Of a DNA stretch of 64,000 nucleotides, positions 28,918-42,700 are shown piece by piece. This DNA is from Eledone cirrhosa (lineage: Eukaryota), in assembly GCA_964016885.1 (NCBI GenBank), contig OZ024742.1, positions 32,674,001-32,738,000 of the forward strand. The letters run 5' to 3'. The position numbers and the translations under genes were made by a program. Below the pieces are notes generated by a model. That model was not told the origin of the DNA and searched no databases. It worked only from the letters and a program-made list of their open reading frames with translations. How positions within the stretch are numbered: position 1 is the stretch's first letter; every line of letters starts with the position of its first letter.

Positions 28918-29376
28918 GGGGTGGGCATTGCTGTTGCATTTCCAGATGGCGAAGGTCTTCCTATGGCGCTGATATGCAGCGTCTGTGCGAGACTCTGCCT
29001 GAGCAAAGCTGGACTCGAAAGTCTTCTTCGCAGTCATAAAGTAAGACCAGTGGTTAACTACCAGGCTGCTGTTGGAGATGCTACTCATCATGCTTGCCAA
29101 ACATGTGGTAGAAAATGTAAATCAGCAGGAGGGCTCAAACGACATGAACTCCAACCACAGCCGGCTATTCCCAGTGAATGTTTTGGTTGCCAACTCAGTG
29201 CAAGACATTTTAGATCATTGGCTGGGCTAATAAGCCACATTCGATCGCAGCGCTGTTAATTGCTATTGTGTGTGTGTGTATATATATATATATGTATATT
29301 GTTGTTGTTGTTGTTTTTGTTTCTCTTTCTCGTGCAATGGCCATACTCAATATCGAGGGGGCAGCCATCATCATCA
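28918..29376 (+). mobile_element. 3' fragment of an RTE/BovB-type LINE with three C-terminal C2H2-like zinc fingers
   Basis: [34 protein letters not shown] and CQLSARHFRSLAGLISHIRS, then a 3' end CGAGGGGGCAGCC(ATC)n. Confidence 0.6.
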
Positions 29377-29388
29377 TATATATATATA

Positions 29389-30921
29389 GGTGTTGACGAA
29401 TGGCTTGTGAGAGCCATACAAGCCATGTATAAAGAAACAGTCAGCAAGGTTAGAATTAACAACGAATATAGTGAAGAGTTTAGCGTAAAAGTTGGTGTCC
29501 ATCAGGGCTCTGTTCTTAGCCCCCTACTATTTATTATTGCCCTCCAGGCTATAACAGAGGAGTTCAAGACCGGCTGCCCATGGGAACTCCTATACGCAGA
29601 TGATCTAACGCTCATAGCTGAATCAATGGCCGAGCTAGAGAAGAAATTCCAAACATGGAAGCACGGCCTAGAATCAAAAGGCCTTAAAATTAACCTGGCT
29701 AAGACTAAAGTTCTAGTTTGTAGGAAAGAAAATAAGGCGCCGGTCCCTTCCGGGAAATGGCCATGCTCAGTGTGTAGGAAAGACGTAGGTAGAAACTCCA
29801 TTTTATGTCCCAAATGCAAAGTATGGGTGCATAAAAGATGTGGGATCACAGGTAAGCTAACTAAGAACACAGATTTTACATGTGGCCGGTGCTCTGGTGC
29901 AATAAGTAGCAGCAAGTGCCCACAAAATACTAGCTCTTTCAATTGCGCAGAGGGTTCTATAGAAATAGTGGACAGCTTCCGTTACCTGGGTGACAAAATC
30001 AGCAGTGGGGGAGGGTGCTCTGAAAGTACAGTAGCTAGAGTCAGAACTGGATGGAAAAAGTTCAGAGAGCTTATACCACTATTAGCCGCTAAAGGGTTCT
30101 CCCTAAAAATGAAAGGCAGGTTGTATGATGCCTGCATACGAACAGCAATGTTGCATGGCAGTGAGACCTGGGCATTGTGTGCAGAAGATATACACAGACT
30201 GGAGAGGAACAAAGCTTGCATGCTCCGCTGGATGTGTAATACGTGAACGGCAAAGCATAAACGAACTAAGGAAAAATTTAGAAATAAGAGGGATCAGATG
30301 TTGTTTACTCGAGAGAAGGCTACGTTGGTATGGTCACGTGATGCGCATGAAAGACGACAGCTGTATAACAAAGTGCAGGGCAATAAAGATGGACGGTAAC
30401 CACGGAGTAGGCAGACCCAGAAAAACCTGGGACGAGCTGATAAATTCCGACCTCACACACTTACACCTCTCCAAGACAATGTCACTGGACCGAGACCTTT
30501 GGCGGTACTCAGTAACAGAGAAGACCCGCCTTACCTAAATACAAAGTAAAACCTACTACAATCAGTAGGCATCTCTAACAAAATACACCCCCGTCCCACC
30601 ACCCTCACCCCATCCACACCGCCCCTTTCAATGCAAAGTTATGTTGGTGCCACAACATCCAGGCCGAAACAAATGAGATCGTGTAGGTGTCACGACAAAA
30701 AACACACAGTCCACGCTGTAATGTGACCGTGTAGGCAACACGGTAAAAACCTCCCAGTCCCACACTGTAAATGTGGTTGGTGTTAGGAAGGGCATCCAGC
30801 TGTAGAAAACACGCCAGACAGTCCTATGCGAGCAAGACAACCACTCTTGCCTCAAGTGGGAAAACCCCCGTCCAAACCCATGCAAGCGTGGAACATGGAC
30901 GTTATACGATGATGATGATGA
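29389..30921 (+). mobile_element. 5'-truncated RTE LINE family A
   Basis: Encodes GVDEWLV...YADD...RRLRWYGHV, followed by 3' UTR and (GAT)n. Confidence 0.9.
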
Positions 30922-30926
30922 TATAT

Positions 30927-31109
30927 AAGTAGTAACACAGCAGTTAGTTCACCATACCGAGAACAGTTGTTTCACCTTAAGGATAATGTTTACGATAAGG
31001 TGAAACAATTGTTCTCGGTATGGTGAACTAACTGTTGTGTTACTACTTCTACCAAACTCGTCCTGTGGACTGAGTGCTCTACCACTAAGGATATTACCCT
31101 CCAGTGTTC
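30927..31109. repeat. Dispersed repeat with a 53-bp-arm palindrome (copy A)
   Basis: Arms 30927-30979 and 30996-31048 with a 16-nt loop. Homologous copy at 63692-63879. Confidence 0.85.
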
Positions 31110-31139
31110 TCTCTTTCTCCCTCTCCATACATACAGTGT

Positions 31140-31815
31140 TGTCAGTGAAGGAGGCAGAGGATTTGATGCAGGAGGTGGAGACTGTTTAATGAATGTGGGG
31201 CTGAGAATGAATGAGATTAAGACGAAGTATCTGGTAGAGAATATTAAGAAGCCTAATGTAGGCGGGAAGCCGTTAGAATTGGTTGACGACTTCCTGTATT
31301 TGGGAGCCAAGATTGAGAATACGGAAGATGATGTGGTCGAGAGGAAGACCAAAGCCTGGGCAGCGTGCCACAACTTGAGATCGGTGTGAAAGTCGGACCT
31401 TCATAAAGACTTGAAGAGCCGTCTCTTTGTTGCTGTATGGGTCTGAGATTTGGACACTGACCAAGAAACTCACTCAGATGGTGGATGGGTGTTTCATGAG
31501 AATGCTGAGGATGGCTCTGAACATTAATCAGTATACACTGAAGATGAAGAACTCAGAGCTGTACGGGAACCTCCCAAAAGTCAGCTTGAGAGTAGCACAG
31601 CGGAGACTGAGGTTAGCTGGACATGCTCACTGACATCCAGAGTTGACCTTGCACTCAGTGCTCCTGTGGGAGCCCCTGCATGGACACACTGGAAGAGGAA
31701 GACCAAGGTTAGCATATGTTGATGCCCTAAGGACAGACACTGATCTCTTGGAGACGCAGGACATGGCAGCGACGATGAGGGACAGAGACCGCTGGAGAGA
31801 ACTCGTACATGGATC
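31140..31815 (+). mobile_element. Degenerate RTE-like LINE 3' fragment (separate family)
   Basis: VDDFLYLG, LLYGSEIW, RRLRLAGH, GRGRP and DRDRW motifs, with stops and frameshifts. Confidence 0.75.
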
Positions 31816-32414
31816 TCGGGAATTTTCCCCGCCCTATACATACAGTGTTGTAATGAGTTAGTGCTTGTGACATAATGAAAAGCATGCAGTCCACCCTTGT
31901 AAGGTGGTAGTGTTGCTGCCAAGACAAAAATCACCCTGTTCACCCTGTAAGGTGGTAGTGTTGGAGTCATGATAAAATGCTCTCAGTACGTGTAAAATGG
32001 TTGGTGTTAGGAAGGGTATCTAGCCATAGAAACCAAGCCAAAACAGCATATGAGCAGGACAAGGGGACCAATCTAACTCATGCAAGCATGGGAAATAGAT
32101 GTTAAATAGTGATGATGATAACGATCCTAATCATGTAATAGCAAACTTCCATAGCTATTTAAATTCATTTCAATTTTAATGTCCCAATGATTTTTCTTCA
32201 GTCATTAATGATGCCGTAATATTAACACCTCTCCTAAATTTGATCTAGTTTTATATATTTTGATGTTTCTGAGGATCCAAACACATTGAAGATTTATATT
32301 TATTGAGATATTTTCATTTCTTTTATTCTACATTTTACTTTTCCATTTGTTTTTTATTTTTTTAGCATGGTTACTTGTATATGAATTTAATTCCATGTGC
32401 TGGTATTTTACTAA

Positions 32415-34020
32415 AATCTTCTTAGCCCACTTATTCCTGAGAAGATCCTGAAGGCAGAGTCCTCAAACACTCCTTCCAATGGGTCCTATCAGAAGCAACC
32501 GTTTCCAACTGATCTGGTTGGATCCCTAAGTGAGACCAGCGGAGCTCATCGATGTTATCCAACCGTCTTGTTCTGGGTTTCCTGCCGGTTGGTTGTACCT
32601 GTAAAATTTGTCCAGCGATTCTTTCCTGAGACATTCTAACCACATGCCTATAGTATCTGAGCTGTGATCTCTCAATTCAGAGAAGTAGCAACTCTACCTG
32701 GACTGGCACTCTGATCTCCGAGCTACACACTCTAATGAATAACGTTACTTCAAAAACCCTTTAGAGGAGCCCCATTTTGGCTGCTTGTATTTGCTATCAT
32801 ATTCTTTCAGTCATTACCCAAGATTCATGACCATAGGTAAGGGTTGGTACAAATACCGAACTGAAGATAACGAGTTTGGTTTTTACACCTACCTCCCTTC
32901 TGATCACCGAATGCTGAAGCTGGCACATTACTGTACCAGCTCCTGCAATTCTTGCAGTTAATTCAGCTGCCTACCTTCTATCACTCGTGAACATGGCCCT
33001 GAGATAGTTGAACTTCTCTACCTACTTCAGTAAAACTCCATTCACATGTAGAGTGCACTGCGCAAGCTCCCTTTTGAGGAAAAGTGTCAGTTTTCGCAAC
33101 ACTGATTTTCATTCCAGTAATGCAGCACTCGGTATTAAACCTATCAAGTGTAAGTTGGAGATCACCTTCTGTCAAGTTAAGTAATACCAAGTTGTCTGCA
33201 AATTCCAGCCGATTGGTTCTACAGCTGCCAGTCATGATACCACTTCTAACCCGGCTGCACATGTCAATCCTGTTCATGAAATAATGAACAAGAAAGGTGA
33301 CAGTACACACACAGTGAATGGTTTTGATTTAACCCCATTTATCCGAACACAAATACTCAGACATTCATATAGAGACATCAAGAAGCTGACCATCAATCCC
33401 ATACTCCTGCAGAACCTTCCACAGCAAGTCCTGTGGAACATGCTCATATGCCTTTTTGAGGTCTACAAAGCAAGAATACACCTCTTGGTAGTACTTCCAC
33501 AATTTTTCAAAGACCTGTTGCAGTGTAAATATTTGGCTGACTGTGCTGCATTCGGGGCACAAACCACACTGTTCATCAGCTAGCTTGGACTCGATAATCT
33601 CCATACATCCCATTGCCAAACACTTAGTATAGACTTTACCAGGGAGGTTTAACAAGGAGATCCTTCAGTAATTGTAGCAATCACTCTTGTCTCCCTTTTT
33701 GAAAATTGGGACTATTACTCCCAATTGTCATTGCTTAGGTGCCTATCCAGAGATCCAGGCCACCAGGCACTCATGAGTCAGCCAGAGAATACCTTTTAAC
33801 ATCTTAGGCCAAATTTTATTTTCCCCAGAAGCCTTACTGCAATTTAGCTCTTTAATTGCTCTTTTGACCTCAGTCTCTGAGAGATTAGTCTCCACTCTTA
33901 GATGCATCTCGTGCACATCAGAATGTGTTGTGATGGAGTTTAGCAAAGTATTCTCTCCACCTCACGAGGATGCACCTCTCTGAAGAGAGGAGAACCCCCA
34001 GATGCATTCCTGTTAGCAGG
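32415..34020 (-). mobile_element. Old degenerate RTE-clade LINE
   Basis: LPGKVY, EQCG, FVDLKKAY, FADN and GRKPRTR motifs in broken frames. Confidence 0.75.
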
Positions 34021-34752
34021 TGTGGAGGAGGACTTATGAAGTCAGTGGATGGTCTGTCAGAACACTTTATTTGTTGATCTGAAGTCGGATTCCAGTTTGG
34101 AATCAGAGCCAATTGAAAAATAGCCATGGTTACAACACTAGGATTGAGTTTCCTTTTTCGTTTTTAGGGAAGACAATCCTTTAAAAAAAATTATAATTTA
34201 AAATATTGTCACTACAACGCAGGCACCTATGTACATCTTTTACGTCTCCATGGGTACTTTACCCGATTTATTTAACTGCCTTGTGGCGACTATATTTTCA
34301 AATTTAATATATTTTGTACATATTGTTTTGTATTGACGGCAGCTCAAATAAAGGTAAAAACAAATTTCTGTCTTGCCTCTCCTGCCAGGACAGAGCTGAA
34401 CGTTGTATGGATAAGCAATTCCATCAGATTTCTATTAGCCTGAAACTGTACAAGTCCCTAGTGACTTTCGATCCTTCTGTATGAGGTACAAGAGTTGAAC
34501 ATATACGGCTGACATGGAACAAATTCAGGTGTTTGAGCACAGCTGCTTCCGAAGACTGTTACGTGTCTCATATATAGAGCTCGAGACAAACAGCTTTGTC
34601 AGGCAGCAAGACAACAGATATGCTGGCAGACAGGAACCACTCTGTGTAACAGTAAAAAGCGGAAAACTCGCCAGAAAATACTTGCCCGACAATATCAAGG
34701 ACTGGACAGGTCACAACACTGTAACTCTTCAATTCACAATAAACATGATATT

Positions 34753-34937
34753 TGGATTGGCAGTATCGGTAGAGGGTCGGACGTCATGCTTTGACGCATA
34801 GTTACGGCCCTTTCCATTCTGAGTTCAAATCCCGCCGAGGTCAAACTTTGCCTTTCATCCTTACGGGGTCGATAAAATAAAGTACCAGTAATGTACTGAG
34901 TAATTTTTGGCCTTGTGCCTAAAGTAGAAACAATTAT
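34753..34937 (+). mobile_element. SINE family 2
   Basis: Homologous to 43830-44017. Confidence 0.85.
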
Positions 34938-35124
34938 TTACAGTAACAATGATAATAATAAAAATGACAACCATAATGACGGCAATGATAAAAAAGGGAA
35001 AGGAAAGAAAGAATAGGGAAATATAGAGAATGAAAAGAACGGGAAGAGGAGGGGATGGCAAGAGCTCTGGTGTCACAGAAGAAAGGGGAGAGTGATTGGG
35101 ATTTGGGCCTAGGGCAAGAGAGCA

Positions 35125-35300
35125 GAGTTGTGCTGCGCACCGCGGACAAGACGGCAAAAACATTCCCGCGAAAGATGGCCAGTGACACCCGCTGCAACAG
35201 CCACTCAATCTCACGGGGTTCCCTCCTCAGACGGCTAGATGGATGGTAAGACTAGTGGTGACTGCTGACTAAAAATACTGAGGCATCCCAACGACTAGCG
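35125..35300 (-). mobile_element. 3' fragment of a CRE-like (restriction-like endonuclease) non-LTR element
   Basis: Minus frame reads REPREIEWLLQRVSLAIFRGNVFAVL, matching the xQRxSxAIxRGN C-terminal motif typical of such elements. Confidence 0.55.
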
Positions 35301-35752
35301 ACATTATTTTTAAAAAGTCTCCCATGATACACAACTGACTTATCTCCCCTGCAATGTATACTAAGGGAAGTAATTGTTGTAGCACTGTTTTTTTTTTTTA
35401 CCATACCATTTAACTTGTCGAGTCTGGAAGAACTTCTATGCAGTCACTCCTACTACTACTATACACAACAAAATTGCAAATAAACCAATATGAAGAATAA
35501 TACCTACTAGCAGCAGGGAAAACAGAGGCGGTCAGTTACTTAAAAACGAATACTGGTTGGCTCCAATAAGACCATTTAGCTATAGAGAACTTCCTAAAAA
35601 AAATCTCGTCGAACCCTTGGTAGCATGGAAAAATGGATTTTAAAATAATGAAACGTAAATGAAATAATGGGTTGATGATGAAATAAAAATATAAAGATGA
35701 TTTTCTAATATGATGTTTTACAAAATTTATTTATTTGTTTTTTTTATTACAG

Positions 35753-35878
35753 TTTAGCTGGAATGTTGGTGTCCCATCCAAGTATAAATTCCTTGATGTC
35801 TATGACTTGGATAAAGAACTATTGGACACGATTAAGAAGCCTTTGGCTGTTATGTTACTTTACCCACTCACTCAGAAG
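35753..35878 (+). CDS. UCHL3: Ubiquitin C-terminal hydrolase (UCH-L1/L3 family), first located coding exon
   Basis: Polypyrimidine tract and AG, FSWNVGVPSKYKFLDVYDLDKELLDTIKKPLAVMLLYPLTQK, GT donor; phase 0/0. Confidence 0.88.
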
Positions 35879-35914
35879 GTAACTTTTAATATTCTTATCT
35901 ATACATTAAACTAG

Positions 35915-36140
35915 TAGTACTGGTGCTATGATGACATGCACCCAGTCCTCTCTGTAAAATGATAATGCTATGATAAAATACATCCAGTTCACTCTTTAAA
36001 ATGATAGTGCTGGTGCTATGATAAAATCCACTCAGTGCACTCTGTAAAGTGGTGGTGCTAGTGCCATGATAAAATGTAGCCAGTACACTCTGTAAGGTGG
36101 TAATGCTGGAGCCGCGATAAGATGTAGCCAGTATACTCTA
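35915..36140 (+). repeat. Degenerate ~45-50-bp tandem repeat related to the RTE 3' UTR module; continues at 38226-38480 beyond the CR1 insertion
   Basis: Recurring GGTGC(T/C)ATGATAAAAT...CCAGTACACTCTGTAAAGTGG. Confidence 0.65.
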
Positions 36141-38222
36141 TAATAATGAAATTATTGTGTAAAGTGCTCAGGTGCGCTACAACTCATCAAAGGTGTATGT
36201 ATAGTACATAGAATAATACACAAATGTCAGGGAAGTACATGTGTGTATGTGTGAGCTGTAGTGTTGGCGGATCTCGGGAAGCATGGAGGCCTTAAAGGAT
36301 GCAGTGTCTCGACAGCTAACAACTGATGCAGGTAGTTTGTTCCATGCTTCAGCAACTCTGAGCGTGAAAAAATGTTTCTGAAAGTCATGGGAACTGTGCT
36401 GTTTTCTTACTTTGTGGGCATGTCCACGTGTGTTAGACACATGGAAATCGAAAAGGTACTGAGGGTTGTTGTTAGCAACATGGTTAACAATTTTGTGGGT
36501 GTTTACCAAGTCAGTTGCCAGGCGTCGGAGCTTCAATGAATCCATGCCCAGGGAAGCAAGGCGCTCAGAGTATGGTAGATGCCTGATGGAGGGTATTCGC
36601 TTGGTTGCACGTCTCTGAACAGTTTCCAGGCAGTCAATGTCCTGAGCAAGATAGGGGTTCCAGACTGGTGATGCAAATTCTAAGTGTGGTCGCACCATAG
36701 CTGTATACAGCCTTAAATAGATATCTGGAGAGCGGCTGACAAAGGTCTTGCTGAGTGATGCTAAGACGCCCTCGGCCCTCTTGACAATTTTAGAGACGTG
36801 CCTCGTCCAACGCAAATCGCTGCTGACCGTAATGCCCAGGTCACGTTCACAGGAAGACTTCTTGATATTAGTGCTGTGGAGGGAGTATGTGGACGCTGGG
36901 TTTTTACTCCCAAAATGCATGGTGGTGCACTTGTCCACAGCTAGCTTGAGTTGCCAGTCTGAGATCCACTGTTGCACTGTGTCCAGGTCAGACTGCAAGC
37001 AAGATCTATAGTGTTCAGGATCTGTCCTTTTTATCTCAAGGTACAGCTTGATGTCGTCTGCGTACTTTAGTACTGTGGCATTCCTTAAGTTGGCATCTAT
37101 GTCATTAATATATGCCACAAACAAAAGGGGCCCAAGAACAGATCCCTGTGGTACACCAGATGACATCTCATATGGTGAGGAATGCTGTCCCAGAACCGTG
37201 ACTACCTCTCTTCGACTGAGAATGAAGGACTTCAACCAGTTAAAAAGATCATCCTTCACACCCATTGCAGAGAGTTTTGCCATAAGCCTTTTGTGTGGCA
37301 CCGAATTGAAGGCCTTCGCAAAGTCAAGGTAAACAACATCCACCCATGAGCCGCCGACAGAGGAATGACACTGGCAGTTTTCCACTGTTCTGGAGTAGCA
37401 CTGTTGTTCAGACAGAATTGGAAGAAGCGTGATAACTGGTGTAGAAGGAAGTACCCACCACGTTTAAGAAGCAGGTACGTAACACCATCAAGACCAGGAG
37501 AGGCATGGTTGCGTTTATTTTTTAGGTGACGTCGCAGCATTGCAGGTATAAATTCCATGGTTGTAATAGAGTCCGGTGTCATAGGTGGTGGAGATGGTAC
37601 ACTCTGGTCTTCAATAGTGAAAATGCCTGCATAGCATTCAGCAATGAGCTCTGCGCATTCCTTGGGGTCGTCAGTAACCTGGTTTGTGTGGGGATTGCGA
37701 AGAGGACCAACTGGAGAGTGAGGCCTCTGCTTTGAGTGAACATACTTCCAGAACACCTTACTGTCAGGGCTGGTTGCTATGCGCTGCTCAAATTGAAGCA
37801 CTGCCTTTTTTGTCACCTGTTTGAGGTGGTTGGACGATCTATTTCGCCTCTTCCTATTAATGTCTGATTTGTGAAGTTTGTACTCACGTTCAGCATTGCG
37901 CCATTCTTTTCTGGCAAGACGGACTGCTGCAGTCTCCCAAATTGCGCTTTTGGGATGTTTTTTCCGCTTACGTGGCACCGATGCTGCATATGCTGTACAT
38001 ATTGAGCTCAGGATGTTCTGGAGTACAGTGTTGACATCTCCAGAGTCGTAGAACTCAAGCCAGTTTGGCCGTTGCAACTCGGTGCAGTAACAGTTCCAGT
38101 CTGCTTTATTCCAGTCAAAGTGAGCAGTTTGGAGATGGTTGTGGTTCTTGTTACTGCCCATGAGGGATAGATTGGCAATGATCATAGCATGATCAGAGTC
38201 ACCTAAAGGTTCCTCAGCAGTA
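36140..38222 (-). mobile_element. 5'-truncated CR1-clade LINE with an internal deletion, antisense in the UCH intron
   Basis: SDHAMI, YLDFAKAF, GVPQGSVLGPLLF, YADD, RPHLEFASPVWNP and VQRRATK motifs. WKTASVIPL is fused to the VDVVYLD region at ~37357. Confidence 0.9.
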
Positions 38223-38828
38223 ACACTAATGATTGCTAGTGCTAGTGCCATGATAAAATCCACATAGCCCACTCAATAGAGTGAAGGTACTGGTGACACA
38301 ATAAAATACACCCAGTACACTTTGTAAAGTGGTTGGTGTTAAGGGCATTCCATCATAGAAACTATGCCAAAAGAAAATGGAACATGTAAGATGTGGTTCT
38401 CCAACTTGTCTTGACTCAAACTTAACACAACCTGTCCAACGCATGCCAGCATGGAAAACTGATGTAAAATGATAATGTTATAGGTGCAGGCATGGCAGTG
38501 TGGTTGAGAACTGCTTTGGAACCACATGGTTTCTGGTTGACTCTCATGCATGAGCAACCTTGGACAAGTGTCATTTACTATAGCTTTGGGTTGACCAATA
38601 TTGTGAATGAAATTTGGTTGACGTAAACTGTGTGCAAACATATTGTCAGTGTGAGTCTCCGTGTATGTATTTAACTTTACTATTTCCTTATATCCTGTAA
38701 CTTAGCAATTCAACAAAAAGATTGATAAAGTACTAGACTTGAAAAATAAGTACTGAAGTTGATATGATTAAATAAAATTGCTTGAAGGTATGAGCGCAGT
38801 CTAATGACTGAAACTAGTTAAAGAATTA

Positions 38829-39287
38829 CTGTATATACTCTAATATAAGCCGATCCCTATTTTATGTCAGAAATGGGTAAAAATCCAAACCTTGTTTATA
38901 AGCCAAGCTTATAAATGGTTTTATGGTGCAGTTTTAAAATTCTCATGAGTAGAAAATATACATATGAAGTTTTAATATTTTGACGTTTTAAGTGTCATTT
39001 AGAGTATAGTTTTTGTTTCATAACTCCATTACATAATGATTTTTTACCAATTTCTGACCGTTTTGAATGCCTACTTCATTCAAAACAATAAAAAATACAA
39101 ATTTCACATTGAAAGTGAAAACAGTATAATATTCACCTCCAAAATAAAAACGTTTTAGGACCTCATTTACATAAAATTTTGAAGTTGGTGAAAATTGGCA
39201 AAATATTGACTTTAAATATAAGTACCCTCCCATTTACCATTGATTGATTTGTCACATATTTCTTGGCTTATATGCAGGTATATACAG
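38829..39287. mobile_element. Non-autonomous Tc1/mariner (Tc2/pogo-type) element
   Basis: TA target duplication; imperfect TIRs CTGTATATACTCTAATATAAGCCGA / TTGGCTTATATGCAGGTATATACAG. Confidence 0.75.
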
Positions 39288-39788
39288 TAATACAGTCGTA
39301 AGGGGAATTGGCAGTTGTTAGCTCATCAGAAAGAATAGTTTGTAGTATTTACCTTGGTGCTCTTTTTAAATTTTGCTGAGACCAATTTTGCCTTGGGTGT
39401 CAATAAAATAGCTGTCCAGTGGTGGAGGATTGGCGAAGTTAATGCATTGAACAGGATACCTTTTTGTGTTTGTTGAATTCAAACCTTACCTCCTGTCACC
39501 AGAATAGTCATTGATGCTTCAGCCAGTGGTGACGGCCAGCTAGTATCATATTTAATGGGACAAATTTCCATCATTCCCATATTTTTAACAGTGAAGTTAA
39601 GCATTCTGTTTTATAGATATTTGTGATTTGTAACTAAGGGTACGTAAACTTTCATAATTGGTAGTAGCAGTTGTTGTTGTATCTCTAACAATTGTTGTTG
39701 TTGAGTGTTCCAGTACTTCGAACAACAGAACAGCCTACTTGTGAAATTAACAAGCAAGGAGCTGAGTATTCCACTGATATGTGCACCC

Positions 39789-42700
39789 TTAACCCTTTAC
39801 CATTTACGTGGGCAGATAAGATAATAGACGTAAATAGAGTGAACGACAGAATAATTAAAATATGACTTGTCCTCAATAGAACTACGGTGACAGTAATATC
39901 TGCGTACGCCCCCAATCCGGACTGCCCGGCACTATAAAAGACAGATTCTATGAGACACTGATGCTAACTACCTCCCAAATATCCGACAGTGACTATATAA
40001 TTATTGCAGGCGACCTAAATGGTCACGTTGGACAACATTGTGACGGCTACGACGAAATCCATGGAGGCTATGGGTTTGGTACTAGAAATGAGGAAGGCTC
40101 CAGAATCCTGGAATTCTGTGATGCAAATAGCCTAACTATCTGTAACACTAACTTCAAAAAACGTGACAATCACCTGATCACCTATAGATCCGGGGAACAC
40201 ACAAGCCAGGTAGATTATATCCTTACCAGAAGACGTGACAGAGTGTCTGTTGTAAACACTAAATCCCTCCCCCATGAAGAATGCACCTCCCAACATAGAC
40301 TGATAATTAGCGACCTCATAGTCAGGACGAGACGTACTCGACAGCAGAAAGGACTATCCTCAGGAGAAAAATATGGAAGCTAAAGGACCCCACAGCCAGA
40401 AATAAATTTCAAAGCATATTACTTGATGCTTTCGACAGTAAGGAAGAACATTTAGAGTCGGACAATATAGAGGGACAGTGGGAATTTCTGAAAGCAAACC
40501 TGCTGATGGCGACAGACGAAGTCTGTGGCTGGAGCAGGCCTGTAGGCAGGAGGAGAGTAACATGGTGGTGGAACAGTAAGGTGGAGGGGTCAATTAAGGC
40601 CAAAAAGCAGGCTTGGAAAGTATGGCGGGATGGGGGAAGTAGAGAAGACTATCAAGTGGCCAGGAGGGAAGCTAGGAGACAAGTGTACTTAGCAAGAAGG
40701 GAAGCTGAGGAAAGAAAGTTCAAGCATGTTCTACAACGCGAGGACCAAAAACGTGAGGTGTTCAGGATTGCTAGGCAATGCGTCAAGGAAAACCGTGATA
40801 TTGTCGGGGAGAAGTGTGTACTTAACGATGATGGCATACTTGCCATCACCGACGCTGATAAGAAGGTAGCTTGCAAGGGTCACTATGAAAGACTACTAAA
40901 TGAGGAGAATAAATGGGAGAAAGACAGTCTCCCCCATATCGACCCAATAGAGGGACCAGCAGTGTTAGTCGAGGGGAGTATAATAAGTAAGGCAATCAAG
41001 GATATGAAGACGGGTAAGGCGGCTGGGCCTTCGGAAATAGTTGCTGAGATGCTGAAGGCATCTGGCACGGTGGGACACACCATGGTCACCCGCATAGTTA
41101 ACCAAGTCGTACAGAATGGGGTTGTTCCGAAGGACTGGCATAGCAGCATCATCGTTAACTGTTATAAGGGTAAAGGAGACGCCCTAGATAGGAGTAACTA
41201 TAGAGGCATTAAATTAATCGACCAGGTCATGAAGGTCACGGAAAAAGTAATAGCGCAACTAATCAGAGAGAGAATTGACCTAGATGAAATGCAGTTCGGG
41301 TTTGTGTCAGGCAAAAGTACCACAGACGCTCTTTTCATTGTACGACAACTACAGGAGAAGTACCTAGCTAAAGGTAAACCCCTCTACTTAGCTTTTGTCG
41401 ACTTGGAGAAAGCCTTCGACAGAGTCCCCCGTTCCATTATCTGGTGGGCTCTTAGAAAACTAGGTGTTGACGAATGGCTTGTGAGAGCTATACAAGCCAT
41501 GTATAAAGAAACAGTCAGCAAGGTTAGAATTAACAACGACTATAGTGAAGAGTTTAGCATAAAAGTTGGCGTCCATCAGGGCTCTGTTCTCAGCCCCCTA
41601 CTATTTATTATTGCCCTTCAGGCTATAACAGAGGAGTTCAAGACCGGCTGCCCATGGGAACTCCTATACGCAGACGACCTGACACTCATAGCGGAATCAA
41701 TGGCCGAGCTAGAGAAGAAATTCCAAACATGGAAGCACGGCCTAGAATAAAAAGGACTTAAAATTAACCTGGCTAAGACTAAAGTTCTAGTTTGTAGGAA
41801 AGAAAATAAGGCGGCGGTCCCTTCTGGGAAATGGTCGTGCTCGGTGTGTAGGAAAGGCGTAGGTAGAAACTCCATTTTATGTCCTAAATGCAAAGTATGG
41901 GTGCATAAAAGATGTAGTGGGATCACAGGTAAGCTAACTAAGAACATAGATTTTACATGTGGCCGGTGCTCTGGTGCAATAAGTAGCAGCAAGTGCCCAC
42001 AAAATACTAGCTCTTTCAATTGCGCAGAGGGTTCTATAGAAATAGTGGACAGCTTCCGTTACCTGGGCGATAAAATCAGCAGTGGGGGAGGGTGCTCTGA
42101 AAGTACAGTAGTTAGAGTCAGAACTGGTTGGAAAAAGTTCAGAGAGCTTATACCACTATTAGCTGCTAAAGGGTTCTCCCTAAAAATGAAAGGCAGGTTG
42201 TACGATGCCTGCATACGAACAGCAATGTTGCATGGCAGTGAGACTTGGGCATTGTGTGCAGAGGATATACGTAGACTAGAGAGGAACGAAGCTTGCATGC
42301 TCCGCTGGATGTGTAACAGTAATATACGTGAACGGCAAAGCATAAACGAACTGAGGAAAAAATTAAAAATAAGAGGGATCGGATGTTGTTTACTCGAGAG
42401 AAGGCTACGTTGGTATGGACACGTGATGCGCATGAAAGTCGATAGCTGTATAACAAAGTGCAGGGCAATAAAGATAGACGGTGGCCACGGAATAGGCAGA
42501 CCTAGAAAAACCTGGGATGAGCTGATAAACTCCGACCTCACACACTTACACTTCTCTAAGACAATGTCACTGGACCGAGACCTTTGGCGGTACTCAGTAA
42601 CAGAGAACACCCGCCTTACCTAAATACATAGTAAAACCTACTACAGCCAGTAGGCATCTCTAACAAAATACACCCCCCGTCCCACCACCCCCACCCCATC

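Noticed and set aside
28840-29259. Host C2H2 zinc-finger gene
   Set aside because: Fingers are degenerate, lack TGEKP linkers and splice context, and are followed by a LINE-type 3' end with (ATC)n.
35175-35245. Candidate UCH exon 1 (aagATGG...|GTAAG)
   Set aside because: Phase 2 is incompatible with the phase-0 exon at 35753, there is no PLESNP motif, and the opposite strand explains it as a CRE-like retroelement C-terminus.
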